DNA of 64,000 bases from an uncultured Clostridia bacterium (GTDB taxonomy: Bacteria > Bacillota > Clostridia > TANB77 > CAG-508), in the NCBI GenBank assembly GCA_947585105.1, contig CANPWV010000002.1, forward strand, positions 1,446 to 65,445, written 5' to 3'. The translations under genes were made by a program, and so were the position numbers. Positions within the stretch are counted from its first letter, which is position 1; every line of letters begins with the position of its first letter. This document shows, in pieces, positions 1 through 10,261 of this stretch. The notes under the pieces were generated by a model that did no database searches, was not told the origin of the DNA, and saw only the letters and a list, made by a program, of their open reading frames with translations.

Positions 1-354
1 ATAACAAGGTTTTTTATTTTGTTGGATTTCTTTTATTTTTACTGCTAATAAAATTTTTCCTTTATATGTAATAGGTAAAAATACTGGTCTAATAATCGGC
101 TCCATAGAATTTGTACATAATGAAGTAATTTGTTTTTGTAAGTCATTTACATCATATACATTTTGTTCTATAAAACTATTATGCTCGTTTATTCCAAATA
201 TTATAATTCCTCCGTATTTATTTGCAAAACCTGATATAGTATCATAACACTTTTTAGGAAAATCAATTTCTGCAGTTTTAGCCTCAATTCTATCAGTTTC
301 GGTTTGGTATTTTTGCATATATTCTATTGCTTCAATTACTTCTTTTTCTGTCAT
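1..354 (-). CDS. N-terminal part of a gene that runs off the left window edge; AlbA_2/Schlafen-type putative DNA-binding (RecG-related regulator-like) protein
   Basis: Absent from the ORF track because it is truncated. Hand translation of the minus strand from ATG at 354 gives MTEKEVIEAIEYMQKYQTETDRIEAKTAEIDFPKKCYDTISGFANKYGGIIIFGINE..., which resembles N-termini of this family. Confidence 0.4.
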   Translation of the reverse strand, partial: MTEKEVIEAIEYMQKYQTETDRIEAKTAEIDFPKKCYDTISGFANKYGGIIIFGINEHNSFIEQNVYDVNDLQKQITSLCTNSMEPIIRPVFLPITYKGKILLAVKIKEIQQNKKPCY

Positions 355-509
355 ATTTTTACCCCATTATTTTTTTAAAATTCAAAACTATTATATCATA
401 TAAATCAAGTCTTTAAAAGCGAACATTATCAAATTTTTCTATTATCAAAACTCCTTTTCTAGATAAATCTTTTTGCTAAATCCGTCTTTCTTTTGTTGCT
501 TACTGGTTC

Positions 510-1217
510 TTATTTTTTCTCCAAATTTGAAATTCTATTTTTAATTTTTTCAGCTTCTTCCATTATCTTTTTTCTAACATCTATAATTTTAATGTTAGGG
601 AAAGCTTTAATAAGTCTTCTGGTCAACATAGATTGCTTTAATAAAATTTCTTTTACTTTTTCAGTAATCTCTTCTGTATTGTCTCTTATAGAATTTGCTG
701 TAATTTTTATATTTTTTACAACATTTAATGAAATTATATTATCTATTATGTAAATAAAGCTCAAAACTATTGATAAAGATATTAGTAAATTATTATTTAT
801 TTTTCCTAATAAATTTAAGAAAAATGGATTTAAAATATATATAATTAGAAGTCCTAATAATCCAAATGCTGTAAGCGTTCTCAAGCAAACTCTTCCGTTG
901 ATATTTATTTTATCTTTGCTATAATCCCACCATCTAGCATGGAATAATTTCTCCATGAAATAACTTGTTAAATATTCTAAATTTCCGCAAATTAAGATAC
1001 ATAAGAAAAATAATGAAATTGGATATGGTTTTAAATGTGATAAGCAAAGTGTAATTAGTAAAACACCATATCCATAAATTGAACAGCAAGGTCCAATTAA
1101 AAATCCTCTATTTACAAATTTCTTATTGAAAATAAATCCTTGAATTACTTCCATAATCCAGCCTAAAAATGAATATATAAAAAATAACAAAATATAATTA
1201 ACCATTTTTCTCTCCAT
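510..1217 (-). CDS. Polytopic membrane protein, PF06541-like ('putative ABC-transporter type IV')
   Basis: 235 aa ORF with several hydrophobic helices; N-terminus YILLFFIYSFLGWIMEVI..FVNRGFLIGPCCSIYGYG is typical of the family. Confidence 0.45.
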   Translation of the reverse strand: MERKMVNYILLFFIYSFLGWIMEVIQGFIFNKKFVNRGFLIGPCCSIYGYGVLLITLCLSHLKPYPISLFFLCILICGNLEYLTSYFMEKLFHARWWDYSKDKININGRVCLRTLTAFGLLGLLIIYILNPFFLNLLGKINNNLLISLSIVLSFIYIIDNIISLNVVKNIKITANSIRDNTEEITEKVKEILLKQSMLTRRLIKAFPNIKIIDVRKKIMEEAEKIKNRISNLEKK

Positions 1218-1317
1218 TATTCATATATTATCATATTTTCTATCATCAAGATATGTTTATTATATCATAAATATATTAACCTGCAAGCATTTTCATATCA
1301 AAAGCCTTAGTTTTATA

Positions 1318-2109
1318 CTAAGGCTCTTGTTTTATCTTTTTTCCTACAATCGCTAAGCGTCCATCTTTTTGGGAAAATTCGCAAGTTGACAATGTTATCA
1401 AACTATCTCCATATTCTGATGTAACTCCTGTGTCATACAAACTTAAAGCTTTGCAATTTTGAATATATTCGTCAAACTCCTCTTTATTTTCAGAATTTAT
1501 GAAATAGTAGTATCTAAAATTATTTTCCGATTTATAGTAAACTCTTGATAAAAATACACTTATTATTTGGTATTCTGAATCCTCTTCTACCGTCGTAAAT
1601 CTAATTTTCTGATGAGAATTATAATAATTCTGATCCTTGTAATCCATAAGCCCACAAAACATAAGATTTGTTCCTCTGTTGTTGTGACCGTAGATTAGTA
1701 AATTTGTGCTTGGTAGAGCCCAATCATAGTCTTTATCTAAAAAAATTGATCCTTCTTTTGAATATTCTTTTTTGTAATTGTGATTCATATAATAGCTGTT
1801 GTCGCTTGACTGCAAAACCGGATAACTTATCTCACTATTTGGAATTTCAAGCCATCCAACTATGTCGTTATTAATTTTTTTCAATTCTTCAACTTTAATC
1901 ATTCTTTCAGTTTTTTCTGGAAGATTCGGCGCTTCCTCTGTATTTTCAAAGCTTTCCTCTATTACAATTGGTTCTTCAATAAATTCTCTTAATTTCACAT
2001 TTTCCTTGAACGTCTTATTTGTTGAAGAGCTTAAGCAAACCAAAACAAGCGAATTCACCAAAAATAATACTACACATATCGCAAACCCGATTTTCTCGTA
2101 TCTATTCAT
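1318..2109 (-). CDS. srtB: Class B sortase
   Basis: N-terminal membrane anchor, catalytic His context LIYGHNN, TLSTCEF (TLxTC) active-site Cys; directly downstream of a sorting-signal protein. Confidence 0.8.
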   Translation of the reverse strand: MNRYEKIGFAICVVLFLVNSLVLVCLSSSTNKTFKENVKLREFIEEPIVIEESFENTEEAPNLPEKTERMIKVEELKKINNDIVGWLEIPNSEISYPVLQSSDNSYYMNHNYKKEYSKEGSIFLDKDYDWALPSTNLLIYGHNNRGTNLMFCGLMDYKDQNYYNSHQKIRFTTVEEDSEYQIISVFLSRVYYKSENNFRYYYFINSENKEEFDEYIQNCKALSLYDTGVTSEYGDSLITLSTCEFSQKDGRLAIVGKKIKQEP

Positions 2110-2159
2110 ATTACTACAATAAATAGAGCAAAATCTAAATCTTGCTCTATTTATAAAAA

Positions 2160-3128
2160 CTATCTATTTTTATTTTTTAATCCTACTATTCCTATTAATG
2201 ATAATCCTGTAAATATTAAAACTATAAGTTCAGGATTTACGCCAGTTTTTGGAGTTTCGTCTTTCTTTGGTCCTTCTTTTTTAGGCTCTTCTGGTTTTTG
2301 AGCTTCAGGTTCTTGTTTTGATTCTTCTTTTGGAGTTTCAACTTTTTCAAATCTTGTTTCTAATGTTAAATCGCCTGTTACAGGAGTCGTTAATTCAAAC
2401 TTTTCTCCAGTTACCTTATCATATAAACCTAAAAATTTATAACCTTCTTCTGGAGTCATTAATTTGTTTAGTTTTTCTACTTCTTGCTCTGTTAATCCGC
2501 CATTTTCTTCATCTTGAGTCAATGTTTTTCCTTTTTGCAAAGTAAAAAATGTCTCATTTATTTTCACAGTAGCCAACTTATCAGGGTCTTTTGTCAATTT
2601 TACTCCTTCAGGATTTACTTTGATAATTACTGTTAAATCAACTTTATCTTTGTCATCCCAATGAAATTTGTAAGTTCCTAAAACAAATTCTGAAGTTCTT
2701 CCTTCTAATCTGTTTTCATCAATTCCTAACCAATAGCTACATACGTTTGGCTTTCCATTATCTGAGTTAAATGGTTTTGAGTCGCTTTCTCCAAACACAT
2801 TTGTAACATCACGAGTTACTTTACTTGGAGTAACACTTTCTGGTAAAGTTAATCTGAATCCAATCCACCAACCATTTCCTGGTCTAGTAGCATCTTCATC
2901 ATAAGTTGGATCATCTTTTGCATACCATATAAGTTTATTAATCTCTTCTGCATCTAATGTCATTGTTACTTCTTTTTTATTATCATCTTTTGTAATTGTT
3001 CCTCCTGTTAAAGTCTCTATTTTTGCACTATCAACCTCAACAGATTCAGCGTTTACTGGTGTAAATATTGAAATCACTAATATAATTAAACTAACTATAA
3101 AAGTAGTCAACAAAATTTTATTTTTCAT
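2160..3128 (-). CDS. Cell-wall-anchored surface protein, likely SrtB substrate
   Basis: Signal peptide (..TPVNA|ESVE), Pro/Glu/Lys-rich stalk, C-terminal TPKTG followed by a hydrophobic helix and the KNKNR positive tail. Confidence 0.7.
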   Translation of the reverse strand: MKNKILLTTFIVSLIILVISIFTPVNAESVEVDSAKIETLTGGTITKDDNKKEVTMTLDAEEINKLIWYAKDDPTYDEDATRPGNGWWIGFRLTLPESVTPSKVTRDVTNVFGESDSKPFNSDNGKPNVCSYWLGIDENRLEGRTSEFVLGTYKFHWDDKDKVDLTVIIKVNPEGVKLTKDPDKLATVKINETFFTLQKGKTLTQDEENGGLTEQEVEKLNKLMTPEEGYKFLGLYDKVTGEKFELTTPVTGDLTLETRFEKVETPKEESKQEPEAQKPEEPKKEGPKKDETPKTGVNPELIVLIFTGLSLIGIVGLKNKNR

Positions 3129-3231
3129 AATATTTCTCCTTTCGAAATTAAATTTTGTATATTGCTAGTGTAAATTTTTTAGCAAGTATTATTCATGAAT
3201 TTAATTCCAAAAAGCCGAAATACTTATATTT

Positions 3232-4623
3232 TTATCTTAAAAATACAAACATAATTATTGATAAAATTCCAAACAAACTCAAAATTATTCTATTCAAATT
3301 TAATAAAATTTTATTGTTTTCACAAGCAATTCCAGATATTACTGAAAACGAAATTAACGTTGGAATTATATATCTAAAATTCATTGTAAATACAAATGGA
3401 TATTTAAAGCAAAATACAACATATGAAATTGCTTCAATTACTAGTAAACCAATGAAAAACAATAGCCAATGATTATTTATTTTCTTATAATTTTTTATTA
3501 CATAAATCAAGTTTATTATGAATAAAATTGTTATAATTATCGCAAGATAGAATAACGAATGTACTACAAAATCAAGAGTTTTACTTTCGCTATAATCAAC
3601 ATTTTCGTCAACTATCATAGATTTTACAGTTGTAGTGAAAATATTATAATCTCTATTTTCTCCCGCCATCTCTACATTTATATTTTCTAACGTGTTAGGC
3701 GATTTTATCGTGAAAAATCTTTCCAAAGCTGAAAATTCTTCAACATTTGATTCATGTGTTCTTTCAACAGATTGAACATAAGTAAGAGGAACATCATATT
3801 CTATAAGATTTTTTACTGGGAACCAAAGTCCAATAGGTAAAGCAATTATTGCAAAAATCAAAAAATGGACAATATATTTTTTGATTTCTTTCTTATTTTT
3901 GATTACTTTTACTAAAAACACTACTGCTATAGGAATAGAAACAAGCGCACTATCTATCTTTGTCATTACAGCGAAGCCTATCGACAAAGCTATCGTTATT
4001 AAGTCCAATAATCTGTCACTTTCATACCAAATTATCGTAGAATAAATTGCTATCGTTGCTAAAGCTACAGATAAAGTCCCATTTCCTATAGAGCCTGATA
4101 ATATTATCATTATTGGTGTTAGACCAACAAAAGCAATTACATAAGGTAATAATTTTTTGATATTCATTTCTTTTAAAATCAAATAAACTGTATAATTGAA
4201 AATTGCTACATAAATGAGCGTAGTTATTTGAAGGTTTTCTAGGCAATTTTCTATTGACGTTCCAAAAAAAGTCAAAACCTTCATGAAGGCTACTGACAGC
4301 AAATAGAAAAGTGGCGGATTTGAGAAGCACCAAAACTTCATCGGATTTACTTTAGGCAAAACACCATTGTTAAAAATATAACCCAGATAACCTAAATGAC
4401 CGCCATTTTGATAATTGAAGAAGTCTCTAGTATCGTGTTGTCTAACATAATAAGGGGTATATGAAATATAAATTAATTGAATATTTGTAACAATATAAAG
4501 AATTAAAATTCCTAATAATGAATCTTTATCAATTTTCTTTTTCTTTAAAATAATAAAAAATCCAATTATAGCCAATAAATTAAATATTAAAACTAATTTA
4601 TTTTCCGCTAGAAATTTTATCAT
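3232..4623 (-). CDS. Polytopic membrane protein, GT-C fold glycosyltransferase-like (ArnT/PMT_2-like)
   Basis: 463 aa with more than 10 predicted TM helices; overall architecture resembles family-39/83 glycosyltransferases. No search done. Confidence 0.4.
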   Translation of the reverse strand: MIKFLAENKLVLIFNLLAIIGFFIILKKKKIDKDSLLGILILYIVTNIQLIYISYTPYYVRQHDTRDFFNYQNGGHLGYLGYIFNNGVLPKVNPMKFWCFSNPPLFYLLSVAFMKVLTFFGTSIENCLENLQITTLIYVAIFNYTVYLILKEMNIKKLLPYVIAFVGLTPIMIILSGSIGNGTLSVALATIAIYSTIIWYESDRLLDLITIALSIGFAVMTKIDSALVSIPIAVVFLVKVIKNKKEIKKYIVHFLIFAIIALPIGLWFPVKNLIEYDVPLTYVQSVERTHESNVEEFSALERFFTIKSPNTLENINVEMAGENRDYNIFTTTVKSMIVDENVDYSESKTLDFVVHSLFYLAIIITILFIINLIYVIKNYKKINNHWLLFFIGLLVIEAISYVVFCFKYPFVFTMNFRYIIPTLISFSVISGIACENNKILLNLNRIILSLFGILSIIMFVFLR

Positions 4624-4737
4624 ATCAACCCCTCCTTACTTTCTCACCAATAATATCATAAAAGCAAGTAGTTGTAAATGTACTTAAACCGAAATTTTGT
4701 TGTACACTTTTCTACTTGCTTTTTCTAAATAGGGGAA

Positions 4738-6826
4738 TTATTCTTCTTTAATTATGTTTTTGCTTCCAAAATATGTAGCTAGGAAGTACGAAATATAAAT
4801 CACACCAATTATAATTACTGTAGCAATTATTGACAGCAATAACTGATCAGAACTTGCTATTTCTGACATAACTTTTAATCCAAATTTTATTCCAAAAATT
4901 GAGTGGATTATAGCTAATATTAATGGCAATCCAAAGAAAATTCCAATTTGCCAAAATAGTGATTTATTTATCATTTTTTCATCACAGCCAATTTTTCTTA
5001 AAATTGTATATCTTTGTTTATTGTCACTACTTTCTGTAAGTTGCTTTAATGCTAAAATTGCACTGCTAGCTATCAAGAAAACAATTCCTAAATAAATAGC
5101 TATAAATGTTATAATTGTAGTTAATCCAACACTTGACTCTATAATTGCTATTTTACTCATTCCATCAATTACAATTCCCTTGCTTTCAAGATTTTTTATT
5201 AAGTCAGCTTCACTACCATCTATAAAATTTTTCTCAATTTCTTCTTTTCCCTCATCTGTATCAGAATTATAATTTGCAGCTAAAAACATTTTATATTTCA
5301 TATCATCTGTTAATTTACAACTATCTGGAACAAGAATAATTCCAGTTTCTGTATGACTTGCAAAAATTTCAATAAAACCATCCTTGCACTCTTTATATTT
5401 TGAAATATATTCTTTTCCTGCAATTTCAATTTTATTTCTATCTTTCAAAGCCATATTTCTTACTTCAATCATTCCATCAAAATTGCAAACCATTATATAT
5501 TCATTATCTTTCAAGCTATATTCCTTAATTCCATAAAGTCTAGCAATTTTATTATAATCAGAAATCTTAATAATTTTTTCTGGACTACTAAAAATCATAA
5601 ATGGATATAGTTTGTTGATTTCTTCAAAATCATCTCCCAAAAATTCCTTTAGTGTAAAACCTTTTTGAGAATATATTGGAATTTCGACTATATCTTTTAA
5701 AACATTCATATTAAGTCCATTTTCCTTTAAAGTCTCTACAATTGGAACTCTAGAAGCTTTTCGTTGTTCTTCTGTTGAAGGTCCTCTTTGCCACCCTGAA
5801 TCATAGATTTCATCTACGTTTGCCATTTCTGTTAAATTTATATCAACTGGTGTCATCTCTTTCATCTCAGCTTGCATTGTTTCTCTTATTGAAAGCGCGC
5901 AAGATAAAATCGTAATTGTCATAAATAACATCAAACAAATTACACTCATCGAAATAACTGTTGTGTTTATCTTATTATTCAATTGCCTCAAAATAAACAT
6001 ATTTGTATTTTTCAAATAAACGCCTTTTATCATTTGAATTATCTTTAAAATAAATCCTGACAAAGACCAAAAAATTAAAATTGTTCCAACAATTCCCATA
6101 AGAATTGGCGGTAATAACTTTTTAGAAGAACTAAATGAATTAACAGAACCTAAAACTAATTTATAAGCATAACCTAAAATAAAGCAAGCACCTATAAACA
6201 CCATTATAGCCAAAAATGGATTTTTAAATCTGACTTTTTCGTTTTTCTTATTAGAATTTAATAAATTAATCAATTTATATCTTGATACTATCAAAGTATT
6301 CAAAAACATTACAGCCAAATACATTATTGCAAAATAAATACAAGTCTTGATACAAGCCGATTTTGAAAATATAAATTGGAATTCGGTCATATCTGCTTCA
6401 AACATTTTTGCAACAATCACAGACATAAATTGTGATAAAAATATTCCTAAAACAAGCCCGAAAACAAGCGAAATTATTCCTACAAATACTGTTTCAAACA
6501 AAATTATTTTAGCAATTTGATTCTTTCCCATTCCGAAGAGTCATATAAATTCCAAACTCTCTTTTTCTTCTACTTATCAAGAAATTATTAGCGTACACAA
6601 TAAGTAATCCAAAAACAACTGCTACAAAAACAGACACAAATTCTAATAATTCAATCATAAGTCTTATAATTTCTCTTGTAGATTTTGAAACACGAATTAC
6701 AGCTTCTTGACTATCAAGAGAATTAAACATATAAAAGATTGCAACACCTAAGACTAGCGTTAAAAAATATATCATGTAATCTTTCATACTTTTCTTCATA
6801 TTTTTTAAAGACAACTTAAATAACAT
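4738..6826 (-). CDS. BceB-type (FtsX-domain) ABC permease, interrupted by one CGGA +1 site
   Basis: ORF-track fragments 6509..6826 (N-terminus) and 4738..6531 join as ..REFGIYMTL|c|GMGKNQIAKI.. at 6532-6535. Total length minus 1 nt is 696 codons. Ten-TM BceB-like layout with a large extracellular loop. Confidence 0.75.
6532..6535 (-). other. Candidate +1 recoding site (sense CGGA) in the BceB-type permease
   Basis: Zero frame reads CTT CGG AAT ... and reaches TAA after 6 more codons. Skipping the C gives CTT GGA ATG GGA AAG (L G M G K), which continues the long ORF. Confidence 0.6.
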
Positions 6827-7583
6827 TGTTCAAATCACCTCCAAGAAGCGTTTGGACCTCTATTATTTTTTCAAAAAATTGCTTTCTTGTATCATTTCCT
6901 TTTATTAATTCGTTAAATATTTTTCCATCTTTAATAAATAAAATTCTGTTAGCGTAAGACGCTGTAAACGCGTCATGTGTGACCATTAATATTGTTGCAT
7001 CCATTTTTTTATTCAAAAATTCAAAATTTTCTAATAATTGTCTTGAAGATTTTGAATCTAAGCTTCCTGTTGGCTCATCAGCTAAAACAAGTTTTGGATT
7101 TGTGATAATTGCTCTACTTGAAGCAACTCTTTGCTTTTGTCCGCCAGAAATTTGATAAGGATACTTTTTCAAAATATCTGAAATTCCAAGCTTTTCAGCT
7201 ATATCTTTTACTCTTTTATTAATTTCTTTTGGTTTTACTTTTTGAATTGTTAGGCTAATTGCAATATTTTCATAGCAAGTCAAAGTATCTAACAAATTGA
7301 AATCTTGAAAAATAAATCCAAGTTCTTCCCTTCTAAACTTATTCAAATTATTTCCCTTTAATTTTGTAATATCTTGACCATTTACAAATATTTGACCAGA
7401 AGTTACTTTATCTATTGTAGAAATAAGATTTAAAAGTGTCGTTTTTCCGGAACCAGAAGCACCCATTATTCCTAAAAACTCACCTTTATCAACTGAAAAA
7501 CTTATATTATTAATCGCTTTACTTAAATTTGATTTTGTTCCATAATATTTTTCGATGTTTTTAACTTCTAGAATTTTTTCCAT
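6816..7583 (-). CDS. BceA-type ABC transporter ATP-binding protein
   Basis: Walker A GASGSGKTT, signature LSGGQKQR, Walker B LVLADEPT. Start placed at MEKILEV (ATG 7583) behind an AAAGGAG RBS rather than the longer track ORF. Confidence 0.85.
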   Translation of the reverse strand: MEKILEVKNIEKYYGTKSNLSKAINNISFSVDKGEFLGIMGASGSGKTTLLNLISTIDKVTSGQIFVNGQDITKLKGNNLNKFRREELGFIFQDFNLLDTLTCYENIAISLTIQKVKPKEINKRVKDIAEKLGISDILKKYPYQISGGQKQRVASSRAIITNPKLVLADEPTGSLDSKSSRQLLENFEFLNKKMDATILMVTHDAFTASYANRILFIKDGKIFNELIKGNDTRKQFFEKIIEVQTLLGGDLNNVI

Positions 7584-7688
7584 AAATATATCTCCTTTCA
7601 ATTTTTTCAAATTAATTATAAAGCGATTTCTCTTAATTTTCCATCGATTTACCTTACTTTTTCCTTACATTTTTGTAAGAATATTTTA

Positions 7689-8705
7689 TTATTCAAAAGA
7701 ATTATAACTGTTCCTAGGAAAAATTAAAGAAACTTCAGTAAACTTTCCCTCTTCTGATCTCAAATCAATTCCAATTCCTAATTTATCAGATAATTTTTTG
7801 GATAAATATAAACCGATCCCTGTTGATTTGTGATTTGAAACTCTTCCGTTCGTACCTGTAAAGCCTTTTTCAAAAACTCTTTGTTCTTCTCCTTTTTTAA
7901 TTCCTATTCCATTATCTTTTACACATAAAATAATATTTTCTTTTCCTTTCTTGCTATAAATCTCAAGTTCAGGGCTTTTCAAATTTCTATATTTTATACT
8001 ATTTTGAATAATTTGATTTAAAATAAAAATAATCCATTTCTTATCAGTATTTACAGTTGCCTCTAGATCATGAAGATTTATCGAAAATTTTTCATTTATC
8101 AAATTCGTTCGATTCTTACAAATAGCTTCATTTACGATGTCTTGTAAACTACTTTTCTTGATATAATAATCTTGACTAACAACATTGCTTCGTGCGTAAA
8201 AAAGCGCTTGTTCAGTATAATTATCTATTTTATCAAGCTCCTCGTCTATCTTTTTTGTAGCCTCATTTTTGTTATTTTCGATTATCATTTTGCTTGTAGC
8301 AATAGGAGTCTTTACTTCATGAATCCAAAGCTCAATATATTCTTTATAATCTTCTTGCAAATATTTATATTTATTAACATTTTCAATCATTGATTTATCA
8401 GTAATTTCAATAATTTCTTTTAAAATTTTTCCATCTTCAAAATTAGGCTTTTGTAAGATTTCAGCAATAAGATATTTATCTTCTAAACCTTCTAATAAAT
8501 CAAATAAATTATTGTAAAATTTTTTTCTTATAAAATATTCCGGCAATATTGAAATCAAATATAAAATTAAAATGCAAACAGGAATATATATTTTTAAAAA
8601 CAAATTACAATTAAAGCAAATTAAAAACACTTCAATAGTAAAAACACCAAATATGATTAAAAAAATTTGTAAAACTTTATCTTTAATGAAATTTCTAAAA
8701 TTCAT
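7689..8705 (-). CDS. BceS-like intramembrane-sensing histidine kinase
   Basis: Two N-terminal TM helices with a minimal loop, H-box HEVKTPIA, HATPase motifs DNGIGI and GTGIGL. Confidence 0.8.
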   Translation of the reverse strand: MNFRNFIKDKVLQIFLIIFGVFTIEVFLICFNCNLFLKIYIPVCILILYLISILPEYFIRKKFYNNLFDLLEGLEDKYLIAEILQKPNFEDGKILKEIIEITDKSMIENVNKYKYLQEDYKEYIELWIHEVKTPIATSKMIIENNKNEATKKIDEELDKIDNYTEQALFYARSNVVSQDYYIKKSSLQDIVNEAICKNRTNLINEKFSINLHDLEATVNTDKKWIIFILNQIIQNSIKYRNLKSPELEIYSKKGKENIILCVKDNGIGIKKGEEQRVFEKGFTGTNGRVSNHKSTGIGLYLSKKLSDKLGIGIDLRSEEGKFTEVSLIFPRNSYNSFE

Positions 8706-8721
8706 AACAACCTCTAACCCT

Positions 8722-9387
8722 TTAAACTAACATATATCCTTGTCCTCGTTTTGTCTGAAGAAGCTCTTTTAATCCAAGCTCTTCAAGTTTTCCTCTTAAT
8801 CTTGTAATATTTACAGTTAAAGTATTATCGTCTATAAAACTCTCGCTTTCCCATAAATATTCCATAATTTCGTCTCTTGAAACTATCTTATTTCTTTTCT
8901 CAATTAAATATTTTAAAATTTTAAATTCATTTTTTGTAAGCTCGACTTGCTTGTCTTTCTTTTCTATTGTGCTTTTTGAAAGATTTAAAATAAATTCTTT
9001 TCCATCAATTTTATCATTTCCATCAAAACTTGTTCTTCTCAAGAGTGAGCTTATTTTTGCAAGCAAAATCTGAATATTAAATGGTTTTGTGACATAATGA
9101 TCAGCGCCATAATTTATCGACAAAAGCTCGTCTATTTCATTGTTTCTACTTGTAATTATGATTATAGGCAAACTTGAAACTTTTCTAACTTCTTTACAAA
9201 CATATTCTCCATCAACTCTTGGCAAATTTATATCAAGCAAAACTAAATCTGACTTTGAATCTAAAATATTTTGAGTTATATTATCAAAACTTTCAAGATA
9301 ATCTATCTCATAACCATTTTTCTCAAGAAAAATTTTTAATTCTTCTCTTAATTTTTCATCATCTTCAACTATTAAAATTTTCTTCAT
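8722..9387 (-). CDS. OmpR-family response regulator (BceR-like)
   Basis: REC domain (ILIVEDD..., LLDINLP) plus a winged-helix C-terminus (LTKNEFKILKYL.., RGQGYML). Confidence 0.9.
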   Translation of the reverse strand: MKKILIVEDDEKLREELKIFLEKNGYEIDYLESFDNITQNILDSKSDLVLLDINLPRVDGEYVCKEVRKVSSLPIIIITSRNNEIDELLSINYGADHYVTKPFNIQILLAKISSLLRRTSFDGNDKIDGKEFILNLSKSTIEKKDKQVELTKNEFKILKYLIEKRNKIVSRDEIMEYLWESESFIDDNTLTVNITRLRGKLEELGLKELLQTKRGQGYMLV

Positions 9388-9514
9388 ATTTTCCCTCCAA
9401 AAACATTATATCATATCTCATAAAAAATAACCTTACAAAACTGTAAGAAAATATGGTAAATAATTGACTTTAGTGATATAATAATAATATAATATATCTA
9501 AAGTGAGGTTTTTT

Positions 9515-9916
9515 ATGAATAATATAGAATTAATGAATTATTGGATTAAAAGTTCTGATAAAGATTTTGAAGTTATGTTAGATTTGAAAGAAAAAAACAG
9601 AAATACATATGTCTTATTTTTCGGACAACTGCTTATTGAAAAATTACTAAAAGCATATTATGCAAAAATAAATAAAAATGCTCCATATGCCCCAAAAACA
9701 CATGAACTAGCCTATTTAGCTAGAAAAATGAATATGGAATTAACAGAAAGACAAGAGGATTTGCTTGAAACTATTTCAGAATTTAATATGGAAGCAAGGT
9801 ATGGAGATTATAAATATACATTTGAATTAAAATGTACTGACGAATATACTAATACATGGATAGAAAATATAAAGGAGTTAAGAAAATGGTTAAAAGAAAT
9901 ATTGATAAAGAAATAA
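9515..9916 (+). CDS. HEPN domain protein (toxin-like partner of the MNT)
   Basis: About 133 aa helical protein with an ..EARYGDY.. C-terminal motif; overlaps the downstream nucleotidyltransferase ORF. ATG 9515 preferred over the GTG at 9503. Confidence 0.65.
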   Translation: MNNIELMNYWIKSSDKDFEVMLDLKEKNRNTYVLFFGQLLIEKLLKAYYAKINKNAPYAPKTHELAYLARKMNMELTERQEDLLETISEFNMEARYGDYKYTFELKCTDEYTNTWIENIKELRKWLKEILIKK

Positions 9917-10212
9917 TGGATGTCATAGAAAAATATATTAAAGTAATTTTAGAAAATTATAAAGTTAAAGCTATCATTTTATTTGGATCTTATGCCAAAG
10001 GAACAAATCATAAGGATAGTGATATAGATATTGCCATTATTACAGACGATATAAAATGCGAAGATGTTTTTGAAGAACAATTAAATTTGAAAAAGTTAAG
10101 AAGAAATATCGATTACCGTATAGAACCACATTTAATTGAAGTAGACGACTATGATAAGATTTCAACACCTTTCATACAAGAAGTAATAGACACAGGAATA
10201 AAAGTAGCTTAA
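9886..10212 (+). CDS. Minimal nucleotidyltransferase (MNT) domain protein
   Basis: GSYAKGTNHKDSDIDIAI matches the GSxxxGx(n)SDxD NTase motif. Start at ATG 9886 behind AAAGGAG; overlaps the HEPN 3' end. Confidence 0.75.
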   Translation: MVKRNIDKEIMDVIEKYIKVILENYKVKAIILFGSYAKGTNHKDSDIDIAIITDDIKCEDVFEEQLNLKKLRRNIDYRIEPHLIEVDDYDKISTPFIQEVIDTGIKVA

Positions 10213-10214
10213 AA

Positions 10215-10250
10215 ACAAACCTCAGAAGCCTTATGGCCTCTGAGGTTTGT
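10215..10250. terminator. Bidirectional rho-independent terminator
   Basis: acaaacctcagaagcc-ttat-ggcctctgaggtttgt, flanked by an A-run and a T-run, between convergent genes. Confidence 0.7.
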
Positions 10251-10261
10251 TTTTATTTTTT

